NCBI GenBank assembly: GCA_026395215.1
Contig: JAPLZC010000010.1
Coordinates: 7,371-71,370 of the forward strand
Reading direction: 5' to 3'
DNA from: Candidatus Staskawiczbacteria bacterium
GTDB lineage: Bacteria; Patescibacteriota; Minisyncoccia; Minisyncoccales; Staskawiczbacteraceae
DNA length: 64,000 bases
The notes beneath the pieces are model-generated. The model was not told the DNA's origin, did no database searches, and saw only the letters and a program-made list of their open reading frames with translations. Shown here one piece after another: positions 1-9,854 of the stretch. Position 1 is the first letter of the stretch, and each line of letters starts with the position of its first letter. Both the position numbers and the translations under genes were made by a program.

Positions 1-3000
1 TGTCCAGGTTAAAATTATCTGATTGTTGCCAGCCAAAGCAGAAATTGCTGTTGGCGCGGTTGGGGCAAGACTAGCGGCTATATGAATTTCGTTTGAAAAA
101 ATGCTGTCGTCAATTGCGTTATGAGCTTTAATTTTATAATAATATGCCGTGCCGGTTGTGACGGTTGCATCGGTACAAGTAAGCACATTACCTAGGCTTG
201 AACATCCTCCCGAAATAAGCAAATCTCCTCCGCCAAAAGTTGTAGATCTGTAAACCTTATAACTTGTTATTGGAGAACCTCCAGTTGGACCAGCTGTCCA
301 ATTTAAAACAATTTGAGTACCATTGCCGATAGCTGATGCGGTAGCTGACGTAATTGTCGGAGCGCCCGGGGCTGTAGCTGAAATTACGGCCGAAACTTCA
401 CCAGAAAAAGTACCAACGCCAACCCTATTGACTGTTGCAACTTGATAATAATATGTGGTACCTCTGGTTAAACCTATATTAATATATGGTGATGCGCTTG
501 AAGTTGCGTATACAGTTGTACCTTCTCCGCCGGGTGTAGTAGAGCGATAAATATTGTAGCCGGTGATTGGGGAACCGCCGGTTGAACCCGGAGCTGTCCA
601 AGCCAATGTTACCTGAGTGTTGCTAACTGTCGCCGTCACCCCCGTCGGCACCCCCGGAACTGCAGCTGCTGTTACTGCAAAAGTTTGAGCATTGGATGTT
701 CCTCCGCCTGGCGCCGGATTTGTCACTGTAACGTTATAACTTCCTACTGTTGCAACATCTGTTGCAGGAATTGTTGCGGTTAACTGGGTTGAGCTAACAT
801 AGGTTGTAGTTTTGGCTGAGCCGTTAAAATTGACAACTGCACCAGAAACAAAGTTTGTACCATTAACCGTCAAAGTAAATCCTGCAGCTCCTGCAAAAGT
901 TGTTGAAGGTGAAAGACTAGTTGTAGTTGGAGTAGGATTGCCAATTGTAACTGTATTGTCAGTATAAGTTGCAACGACACTAGGATTTCCGCCAATATCA
1001 TGAGCCACGCCAGCGGCTATATTTGCAATGACAGTTCCCAAACCAGTCGCGCCGGATACAGCTACGTTATATGTTGTGCCAGAACCGGTAACAGTTGCTG
1101 TTGTAGCTCCGGCAGTTCCGGAAAGCGTAACATCACCGGTGGCAAAATCAGAAACAGATTCAGAAAAAACTGCTGTAAAATTAATTGGCGAGGCTGAAGT
1201 TGGATCTGCCTGTCCGGCAGCTTGATTGATTGTGACAGTTGGCGAAGTTGCATCAATATTAATAGTATTAGAAGAAACCCATGTTACATAATTTCCGGCC
1301 GCATCTGCTGCATATAAACAAATATATTTTCCATTGTTGGTTGCCGTTGCTTGAGTAGCAATAGCTGGACCAAAGTTAGGATAATCTGCTGAAACTGTTG
1401 AACAAGTTGTTCCGGTGTTATATTTCCATTTTGTCACAAATGCGCCTCCCCAATCTGCTACAATAGTATCTGATGATACCGGACCTATTTCAACACCATC
1501 GGTGAATGAAATAGAAGGAGAAGTAGTGTCTTTGGTTATACTGCCAACACTAGTGGTTCCAACATTGTTAGCCAAATCGGTATCTTTCAAATACAAAGTA
1601 AATGTACTGTCTTCAGTAAGCCCGGCAAACTGAGAGATATTACCAACAGTCGTTGTGCCACTTGTGCAATTAGTCCAGTTAATATTGTCAACTGAACATT
1701 TGGGGGCAACTGTTTCGCTATCTGTAAATGTAATTACTTTACTGGCGTTCACCCTTGTTGATGTTAACGGCGAAGTAATTGCAACGGTGGGGGCAGTGTT
1801 ATCAATTACAATTCCTGCTGGTAGGTTTGACACTGGCGTAGCAGGAGTTACCATACTGTTTGTCACTTGGTCCTTTATTGTTCCTGAAACAGATGAAACA
1901 GCAAGTCCCGAGGTATTGTCGCCTGCCTGAACCGTGTAAGTACAACCTCCTGATGAAGCGTTAGAAATGGTAAATGTGCAAGAACGACCAGTGTTAAGAT
2001 TTACTGTAACATTCCCCGTGCTGGTAACCGATTCGGAGAAATTAACATTTATAGGAATTGTTGCGCCAACACCATAAGATCCGCTGACTGCATTAGTGAA
2101 AACAGAAGAAATTGTGGGAGCAGTACTGTCAACAGTGAAATTGCTTGTTGAAGAAGTAGCAACATTTCCTGCTAAGTCAGATGCGTAAACTGAGTATGTG
2201 TAGTTTCCTGTCAATAATGTTGTGTTATAATTTATATCTTGACCATTATAAAGTGCCGCAATATCGCCGGCAGTAAGCGCGCGATTAAAGACCATAACGT
2301 CATCTAAAGAGCCGTTTAATCGATAACGCGGTGTACCATCGACTTTATACATACCCAGCCAAACATTTCCACCGTGTCCACAATAACGAATATCAGTAAC
2401 TTCATTACCACCATAAAATAAAATAGTAGTAGAAACTTCTGTTCCATTAATATATATTTTTCCATCTGTTGCTCCTGCTCCTGTATATTTCCATTTTCCA
2501 ACAACATGATACCATTGGCCCGCGCTTAATGTTGGAACAGAATACCAGTAGCTATATCTATTTCCAGGAGTACCACAACCACCTTCATTTGTTCCATTGG
2601 AAACACTGAAGAAAAACCTTCCATTAGCTGTAATCCCTGAATCCCATGACTGCCAGTAAGATGCTGGACCGTAGTCTTTTTGAATTATATATTGATCATT
2701 CCCAATGGAGTTAACTTTTACCCATGCTGACATTGTAATTTCTGTGGTTGGACTTCTTAACGAAGCAGAATCTGCCATTTCAACATAATCGCTGGTTCCG
2801 TTAAAATTCAAAGCTCCGCCCATATGTCCGAGCATGGACATTAAAGAAGTATCTCGCGCTGAGATTCCAGTGTTGCTTCCCATACTATCAACAACAGATG
2901 TACCGCTAACATCATTCATCTTCCACCAAGATTTTAAGCTTGAATCAAGATTAGGAACTATATATGCAAGGTTTTCACTGGCAGAAACATTAAATGGCAC

Positions 3001-4565
3001 AGATGACGGATAAAAAGAGCCGTTAGATGGTGAAGTAAGAGTGATTGTAGGGTCATTGCCATCTATAGCAAATGTTGCCGATGGTCCGGCTGAGACTGCG
3101 GTGTTGCCGGCGGTGTCTGAGGCGGTACCGGCTGCAATTGAAATTCCAATTGTACCATCACCAGTAATAGAAGAAATTGTAACTGTTCGAGTAGTTGTGC
3201 CCGAACCGGTACGGTTTTGTTGAGAGTGACGTTTACGTTTGCCAGAGTGACTGCGTCGGCTCCTGAATAAGTTATTGTGTAATTAATCGGACCGGTGTTA
3301 GTCAAAGTAGCTGAAGGCGAACTAATGGAGACTGTGGGGGCAGTATTATCAACAATGAATGTTGCCGATGGTCCGGCTGAGACTGCGGTGTTGCCGGCGG
3401 TGTCTGAGGCGGTACCGGCTGCAATTGAAATTCCAATTGTACCATCACCAGTAATAGAAGAAATTGTAACTGTTCGAGTAGTTGTGCCCGAACCGGTATT
3501 AGCTGTTCCGGTTTTGTTGAGAGTGACGTTTACGTTTGCCAGAGTGACTGCGTCGGCTCCTGCGTAGGTTATGGTGTATGTTATAGGACCTGACTTTGTT
3601 AAGCTGGCTGAAGGAGAACCGATGGAGACTGTGGGGGCAATGTTATCTATAGCGTAAGCTAGACTGCCAGCATAATACATGGCTGCTGGGGTGGCAGCCA
3701 ATGTTGCCCATGTGTTGGCAGAGATAGAATAACGATAAAAATCAGTAGTATTATTTCCCCGTGATGCATAAATATAATCTCCGGAACCGGGATAAACTAA
3801 ACTGCCACCAAATTCAACGCTTGCTGGTGTGGCAGCCATTGTTGCCCATGTGTTAGCAGAGATAGAATAACGATAAAAAGTAGGGGTACTATTTCCTCTT
3901 AGTGCATAAATATAATCTCCGGAACCGGGATAAACTAAACTGCCACCAGGATTAATGGTTGCTGGGGTGGCTCTCATTGTTGTCCATGTGTTAGCAGAGA
4001 TAGAATAACGATAAAAAGTAGTGGTATTATTTCCTCTTAGTGCATAAATATAATCTCCGGAACCGGGATAAACTAAACTAGCACCATTATCAGTGGCTGC
4101 TGGGGCGTCCTGCATAAAATCCCATCTATTGGCAGAGATAGAATAACGATAAAAAGTACGGGTACTATTTCCCACAAATGCATAAACATAATCTCCAGAA
4201 ACCAAACTACCACTACCATACATATATTGTGAGACACCGGCCATTGGTGTCCAAGCGTTGGCAGAGATAGAATAACGATAAAAATCAGTGGTAGCATTTC
4301 CTCTTAGTGCATAAATATAATCTCCAGAACCGGGACCGGGGCCAATTATACCACCACCCCAAGAAATAAAATCAGGTGGAAAACTAGCCAGTGTTGACCA
4401 GGAGTTATTAACAATAGAATACTTGGCAAAAGTATTATTCCAGGTAGTCACAGCATAAATATTTGCTCCTGCTTTTACATCTTTTGGAAAAATAAAAAAT
4501 CCGCAAAACATAAAGAACAGCAGGGCTGAGAGAATTATGGATGATGATTTTTTATTATGAAACAT
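1..4565 (-). CDS. Giant secreted adhesin-like surface protein. The 3' end lies outside the window, and the reading frame is interrupted by a 10-nt indel at 3211/3212.
   Basis: Track ORF 3063..4565 has a signal-peptide-like N-terminus (MFHNKKSSSIILSALLFFMFCGFFIF) followed by six blades ending in FYRYSISANxW. I spot-translated the minus strand below 3211 in the shifted frame over roughly 3100-2280 and 680-1; no stop appears there and the frame runs to position 1. It reads a LamG/ConA-like domain (SAWVKVNS, GQWYHVVGKW, GKIYINGTEV, LDDVMVFNRALTAGDIAALY) and FN3 units (VTLAWTAPGSTGGSPITGYNIYRS, IVLNWTAGPTGGSPITSYKVYRS, IILTWT at the edge). Confidence 0.8.
3060..3640 (-). repeat. Two tandem ~291-bp (97-aa) Ig-like repeat units; the distal copy is 10 nt shorter.
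   Basis: The protein unit APTVSI(G/S)SPSA..YTITY.GADAVTLANVNVTLNKTGTANTGSGTTTRTVTISSITGDGTIGISIAAGTASDTAGNTAVSAGPSATF occurs twice. Long identical DNA stretches match, e.g. 3071-3200 against 3361-3490. Confidence 0.85.
3650..4330 (-). repeat. Tandem ~138-bp units encoding Kelch-like beta-propeller blades.
   Basis: The plus-strand 21-mer gagatagaataacgataaaaa recurs at 3721, 3859, 3997 and 4135 (spacing 138) and again at 4264. Confidence 0.85.
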
Positions 4566-4569
4566 AAAA

Positions 4570-5034
4570 TTACATTCCTACGCCGACGTTTATTGATAAG
4601 GCTGCCATTAATAGAAGAGATGTTTTTGTTTTGACATCTATAATTGTGCGCAATCCTTTGGTCTGGTCATTTTTGTTTCTTAACTCAATCCAGTAGGTAG
4701 AATTTGTAAGAGTTAATGCATCAACCAGCTTAACTCTGTCGGCAAGTCCTTGACTCTGCCATGCTTGTTTTAAATTTTTGTATTCATTTGGCCCTAGTTT
4801 TTTGTAAGTTATAATTTCTGGGTCAAAGCCTGAAACAAATGTTGAAAGCCCCGAATAGTCTTTATCTGTTTTAATTATCTCCATAATTTGTGCCGGGTTC
4901 AATTTCTGTTGTAGATTTAAAACGCTAAAAATACTGCAAATTATCAGCAAAAGCGCAACACCAAATATTACTAGATATATAACTAGATTTTTATTTTCCT
5001 TTTTCTTTCTATTTTTATTTTTTTTCCTTAGCAT
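4570..5034 (-). CDS. Hypothetical single-pass membrane-anchored protein.
   Basis: Lys-rich N-terminus followed by one hydrophobic helix (LVIYLVIFGVALLLIICSIFSVL). The stop lies 4 nt upstream of the adhesin start, so the two genes are probably co-transcribed. Confidence 0.5.
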   Translation of the reverse strand: MLRKKNKNRKKKENKNLVIYLVIFGVALLLIICSIFSVLNLQQKLNPAQIMEIIKTDKDYSGLSTFVSGFDPEIITYKKLGPNEYKNLKQAWQSQGLADRVKLVDALTLTNSTYWIELRNKNDQTKGLRTIIDVKTKTSLLLMAALSINVGVGM

Positions 5035-5073
5035 TCAATTATTATACTCCTTTATTTTAATTAAAACAAAGCG

Positions 5074-5790
5074 TCAATTGTGGATAACCCTAATATCACT
5101 GACAGGGTAAAAAGTTTTTCTGTGAATTGGGCAAGCACCGTGCTTTTTTAGCATTTTAAAATGCAGAGCTGTGCCATAACCCTTATGTTTTTCAAAACCG
5201 TACTGCGGATATTTTTTGTCATACTTTAACATAATTCTATCCCGCGTTACCTTGGCAATTATGCTGGCCGCTGAAATAGAAATAACTTTCTGATCCCCTT
5301 TTATTATTGCGTGCTGAGGTGTCGCACAATAAACCTTAAAATTTCCGTCTAACAACAAATAATTAGGCGCTATACCTAAATCTTTAACAGCTTTTAACAT
5401 AGCCAACTTTGATGCTTCCAAAATATTTATTTTATCAATTACTTTTTCACTAACTATCCCAATTCCCCACTCAACGTCGGGATGCCGAGTTAAAACTTTA
5501 AACAAATGTTCGCGTTGCTTTTGGGACAACTGTTTAGAATCCTTTATGTTTAAACTCGAAATTCGAATATCGAAATTCGAAAGATGTTTTGAATTTTGTA
5601 TTTTGAAAATTCTGATTTGTTTCGGATTTCTGATTTCGTGCTTAGGATTTATAACAACGGCGGCTGCCACAACTGGGCCGGCCAAAGGCCCGCGTCCGGC
5701 TTCATCTAGCCCAACTACAACTTTAATCCCCTTCCGCCACAATAATTTTTCCTCCTCCAAATTCGGATACTTTTTAACCTGATACTTCAT
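5074..5790 (-). CDS. rnhB: Ribonuclease HII, carrying a ~25-aa low-complexity insertion.
   Basis: Contains the motifs GLDEAGRGPLAGPVVAAAV and DSKQLS and has a typical C-terminal half. Confidence 0.9.
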   Translation of the reverse strand: MKYQVKKYPNLEEEKLLWRKGIKVVVGLDEAGRGPLAGPVVAAAVVINPKHEIRNPKQIRIFKIQNSKHLSNFDIRISSLNIKDSKQLSQKQREHLFKVLTRHPDVEWGIGIVSEKVIDKINILEASKLAMLKAVKDLGIAPNYLLLDGNFKVYCATPQHAIIKGDQKVISISAASIIAKVTRDRIMLKYDKKYPQYGFEKHKGYGTALHFKMLKKHGACPIHRKTFYPVSDIRVIHN

Positions 5791-5823
5791 AATAATACTA
5801 TAACTTTCTCCAATAATTACTCC

Positions 5824-5863
5824 ACATCATAATTACCACGGCCGTTGATATTATGATGTAAAA
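5824..5863. repeat. Copy A of a ~40-bp palindromic element.
   Basis: Sequence acatcataattaccacggccgtTgataTtatgatgtaaa. It lies 33 nt upstream of the rnhB start and is near-identical to 6444-6482. Confidence 0.85.
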
Positions 5864-5877
5864 TGTTTTGACCAACT

Positions 5878-6417
5878 TTAAGTTATTTTGTAAAACCTTC
5901 TAAGAGAATTCTCATTATCAATATATTCTAAAATCCCAAAACGAACATATTTTTTTAATTTAAATAATTCTACTAAAAGCATTATTTCTTCTTTGCAATT
6001 ATATGGCGCTACAAAAACACTCTCCTGCAGTTCCCGAAACCCAATTCTTATTAATTTATGACGTAAAGCGTCTCTCCCTTGCCTATATTTTTCCGGTATA
6101 TCAAAAGCTATCATTCTCCATTTTCCGTCCCACTTTTCTTTATTATTTTTTATATTATCAAGCCGACAATCCAATGATTTTAGTCTACCCTTTTCTGTTA
6201 TTGTTATGTCACCGATATCGTATCCTACTCCCTTTTTATCAATATATTTTAGCCTGTATAAATAATCTATTCCAGCTTTAAGTTCTTTCCAGTTTATTCT
6301 TTTCCACTCTTTTATTATCCCTTTCACGGCACGACTTTGCTGTCGCGGAGTATAACTCAACCCAAGAGCTAACCCTCCCATCAAAACCAATAATAAATTT
6401 TCTCTAAACTTATTCAT
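5878..6417 (-). CDS. PaaX-like / Cas2-fold small regulator-type protein with an N-terminal hydrophobic segment.
   Basis: Motif WDGKWRMIAFDIPEKYRQGRDALRHKLIRIGFRELQESVFV. The start is re-set to the ATG at 6417 (MNKFRENL). The track extension to 6600 overlaps the dnaE start and the palindrome. Confidence 0.6.
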   Translation of the reverse strand: MNKFRENLLLVLMGGLALGLSYTPRQQSRAVKGIIKEWKRINWKELKAGIDYLYRLKYIDKKGVGYDIGDITITEKGRLKSLDCRLDNIKNNKEKWDGKWRMIAFDIPEKYRQGRDALRHKLIRIGFRELQESVFVAPYNCKEEIMLLVELFKLKKYVRFGILEYIDNENSLRRFYKIT

Positions 6418-6443
6418 ATAAATATTATACCACAAAAACCAAC

Positions 6444-6482
6444 ACATCATAATTACCACGGCCGTGGATAATATGATGTAAA
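6444..6482. repeat. Copy B of the ~40-bp palindromic element.
   Basis: Sequence acatcataattaccacggccgtGgataAtatgatgtaaa. The arms pair at 15 of 18 positions around a perfect ccacggccgtgg core. It lies 26 nt upstream of the PaaX-like start. Confidence 0.85.
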
Positions 6483-6582
6483 TTGATTTACAAGAAATTT
6501 TATAAAAAAAGAACCCCGAGATGAGTTTCGCCAAAAGGTATTGTAAAATTGTCTGCGAAGAGTAAAATAAAGTATAAATTAT

Positions 6583-9500
6583 ATGAATAAGTTTACACAT
6601 TTACACGTACACTCGCACTATTCCCTGCTTGACGGGTTGCCAAAGATTGATGAGCTTTTGGATTGCGCAAAGGAACTGGGAATGAATTCTATTGCTTTAA
6701 CTGACCACGGGGTTATGTACGGCGCAGTTGAGTTTTATAAAAAGGCAAAAGCCAAGGGAATAAAGCCAATTATTGGTTGCGAGGTTTATGTTGCTTTTGA
6801 AAAACTTACAGACAAAAGGCCAAACATAGATTCCAAAAGAAATCACTTAATTTTGTTGGCAAAAAACGAGCAAGGTTATAAAAACTTGGTAAAGCTTGTG
6901 ACAATTGGGCACTTGGAAGGATTTTATTACAAACCAAGAATTGATGAAGAAGTTTTAGAAAAATATGCTGAAGGCTTAATTGGCCTGACCGCCTGTATAC
7001 AAGGAAAGGTTCCGCGATTGCTTTTGTCAAACAAGCCCGATGAGGCTGAGGCAACGGCTTTGCGGTATGAAAAGTTTTTTGGCAAAGGAAATTTTTATTT
7101 AGAGATACAACACCATCCAAATATTCCTGAACAAGCAATTGCAAACAAGAAAATTATTGAACTTTCTAAAAAAACAGGCATTCCGCTGGTGGCAACAAAC
7201 GATTTGCATTATTTAAGGAAAGAAGATGCAGAAGCTCAAGATGTTTTGATGCTTATAAACACGGGAGCCGAAGCAGATGACCCAGAAAGATTGTCCATGA
7301 TACACGAAGATTTTTCAATGCACAGTCCCGAGCAAATGGCAGAGTTTTTTAAAGATACACCCGAGGCAATTGAAAACACGCAGAAAATTGTTGAGGCTTG
7401 CGATTTTAAAATGGAACTCGGTAAAACAAAACTCCCAGCTTTCCCACTGCCTGCAGGCCGCAGTGCTGAAGAATATTTAGAAGAACTTTGCTGGGCTGGA
7501 ATAGAAAAACGATACCCAGATGACCCTAAAGCCGAAGGTCCTGAGCTGCGTCGAAGGGTTATTGAGCGATTAAAATACGAGCTTTCAGTTGTGGCTAAAA
7601 CTGGTTTTGCCGGATACTTTCTAATTGTGCAAGATTTTGTGAACTGGGCAAAGCAAAACCGCATTGTTGTAGGTCCTGGCCGTGGAAGCGCCGGAGGTTC
7701 TATTATTGCCTATTTGTCTGGAATAACAAACGTTGACCCGCTAAAACATAATTTGCTTTTTGAAAGATTTCTAAACCCGGAAAGAATTTCCATGCCCGAT
7801 ATTGATATGGACTTTGCCGACCGCAGAAGAGATGAAGTTATAAAGTATGTTTCAGAAAAATATGGAGCAGATCATGTGGCTCAAATTATTACTTTTGGAA
7901 CAATGGCCGCCAGAGCCGTGGTGCGTGATGTTGGTAGGGCATTAAAATATACATATTCATATTGCGACGCTTTGGCAAAAATGATTCCTATGGGAATGGA
8001 TTTGGCCGAGACCTTAGAAAAAGTTGACGAATTCAAAGAGCTATATGAATCAGACCCAATGGCAACAAAGTTGATTGATTTAGGAAAGAAACTTGAAGGT
8101 GTTGCCCGCCACGCTTCAACTCACGCTTGCGGAGTTGTGATTTCAGCAAGTCCGCTTACAGATTCTGTGCCATTGCAGATGCCGACAAAAGCAGACTCGG
8201 GAGTTATTACCCAATATGAGGGCCACAGCATTGAAGACTTGGGGCTTTTGAAAATGGACTTTTTAGGACTAAAAAACCTAACTATTATAGAAGATACTTT
8301 GGCCCGTATTTATGTTTTACATAATCAACTAAAAATAGACTTAGACAAAATTCCTGAAGGTGATGAAAAAACTTACGAACTTTTACAGCAAGCTTTAACA
8401 ACCTCGGTGTTTCAACTTGAATCTGATGGAATGAAAAGATATTTAAAAGAACTGGTGCCATCTACTTTTGAAGATATTACTGCTATGGTGGCTTTATATC
8501 GCCCCGGCCCTATGCAATTTATTCCAGACTACATTGAAAGAAAACACGGTAACCAGACAATTGCCTATATTCATCCAAAACTTGAACCAATTTTAAAGGA
8601 CACTTACGGCATTTGCATTTATCAGGAGCAGTTAATGAAAATTGCGCAAGAGGTTTGCGGTTTTACCTTGGGCGAGGCCGATGTTTTAAGAAAAGCGGTT
8701 GGAAAAAAAATTAAGGACCTTTTAGACGCACAAGAAGCAAAGTTTATTAACGGAGCCATAGAAAATGGCGCATCCAAAAAAGTTGCCGCAGAATTATGGC
8801 AATGGATTTTACCATTTGCAGCTTATGGATTTAACAAATCACACTCTGCCGCCTATGCCACAATTGCTTACCAAACCGCATACTTAAAAGCTCACTACCC
8901 TGTTGAGTTTATGGCGTCAGTTTTAACTTCAGAACGAGCCGATGTTGAACGCATTTCATTTTTGATTGACGAGTGCAAAAAAATGAATGTTGAGGTTTTG
9001 GCTCCAAATATAAACGAAAGTTTAAAAAACTTTACCGTTGTGCCGGAAAAAAACCAAATTAGATTTGGGCTTTTGGCAATTAAAAATGTGGGAGCAAATA
9101 TTGCCGAGGCAGTTGTTGAAGAAAGAAAAATTGCCGGACCATTTAAATCAATTGGCGACTTTATACATAGAGTAAAATCAAAGGATTTAAACAAGAAGTC
9201 TATGGAGGCTTTAATTAAAGCCGGCGCCTTTGACCAGTTTGCAGAAAGAAATCAACTTTTAGAAAATTTGGAAAGAATGCTGGAAATTGCCAGAGAAAAT
9301 ACTAAAAATAAAAATACAAACCAGATGGGGCTTTTTGCCAGCTCAACGGTAAAAGTTAATAACGATATAAAACTTGAACCTGCCACTCCCGCCACAGAAT
9401 TTATAAAACTTGGCTGGGAAAAAGAACTGCTGGGCCTTTATGTAAGTTCACACCCACTAAACGGATTTAAAAAACTTTTTGCAACCCGCACAACACCAAT

Positions 9501-9789
9501 TGCAAAACTTGATGCTAGTTATGTGGACAAAAAATTGGTTTTTGGCGGATTGATTTCTTCTGTTAAAAAAATCATTACAAAAAAAGGTCAACCAATGCTG
9601 TTTATAAAGCTTGAAGACCTAACCGGAAAAGCCGAGGTTGTCATATTTCCCAACCTTTTAGAAAAAAACCCAAGCGCCTTACAAGAAAATAAAATTGTCT
9701 TCGTAGCCGGCCGAGTTGACGACCGCAACGGCGAAATCAAAATAGTAGCCGACGACGTCCAAGAAATCCTAATCCCAAAACAAGCCTAA
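6583..9789 (+). CDS. dnaE: DNA polymerase III alpha subunit.
   Basis: N-terminal PHP domain (HLHVHSHYSLLDG); 1068 aa with typical Pol IIIalpha core motifs throughout. Confidence 0.95.
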   Translation: MNKFTHLHVHSHYSLLDGLPKIDELLDCAKELGMNSIALTDHGVMYGAVEFYKKAKAKGIKPIIGCEVYVAFEKLTDKRPNIDSKRNHLILLAKNEQGYKNLVKLVTIGHLEGFYYKPRIDEEVLEKYAEGLIGLTACIQGKVPRLLLSNKPDEAEATALRYEKFFGKGNFYLEIQHHPNIPEQAIANKKIIELSKKTGIPLVATNDLHYLRKEDAEAQDVLMLINTGAEADDPERLSMIHEDFSMHSPEQMAEFFKDTPEAIENTQKIVEACDFKMELGKTKLPAFPLPAGRSAEEYLEELCWAGIEKRYPDDPKAEGPELRRRVIERLKYELSVVAKTGFAGYFLIVQDFVNWAKQNRIVVGPGRGSAGGSIIAYLSGITNVDPLKHNLLFERFLNPERISMPDIDMDFADRRRDEVIKYVSEKYGADHVAQIITFGTMAARAVVRDVGRALKYTYSYCDALAKMIPMGMDLAETLEKVDEFKELYESDPMATKLIDLGKKLEGVARHASTHACGVVISASPLTDSVPLQMPTKADSGVITQYEGHSIEDLGLLKMDFLGLKNLTIIEDTLARIYVLHNQLKIDLDKIPEGDEKTYELLQQALTTSVFQLESDGMKRYLKELVPSTFEDITAMVALYRPGPMQFIPDYIERKHGNQTIAYIHPKLEPILKDTYGICIYQEQLMKIAQEVCGFTLGEADVLRKAVGKKIKDLLDAQEAKFINGAIENGASKKVAAELWQWILPFAAYGFNKSHSAAYATIAYQTAYLKAHYPVEFMASVLTSERADVERISFLIDECKKMNVEVLAPNINESLKNFTVVPEKNQIRFGLLAIKNVGANIAEAVVEERKIAGPFKSIGDFIHRVKSKDLNKKSMEALIKAGAFDQFAERNQLLENLERMLEIARENTKNKNTNQMGLFASSTVKVNNDIKLEPATPATEFIKLGWEKELLGLYVSSHPLNGFKKLFATRTTPIAKLDASYVDKKLVFGGLISSVKKIITKKGQPMLFIKLEDLTGKAEVVIFPNLLEKNPSALQENKIVFVAGRVDDRNGEIKIVADDVQEILIPKQA

Positions 9790-9854
9790 ACCTTTATAAA
9801 TAGGCTTAAAAGTGGTAGTATTATTCAATATACAAAATTTAAACTAAAACTAAT

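Noticed and set aside
6418-6600. The 5' extension of track ORF 5878..6600.
   Set aside because: It is hydrophobic junk that runs across the palindrome and overlaps the dnaE start. The ATG at 6417 has a -10 box 6 nt upstream.
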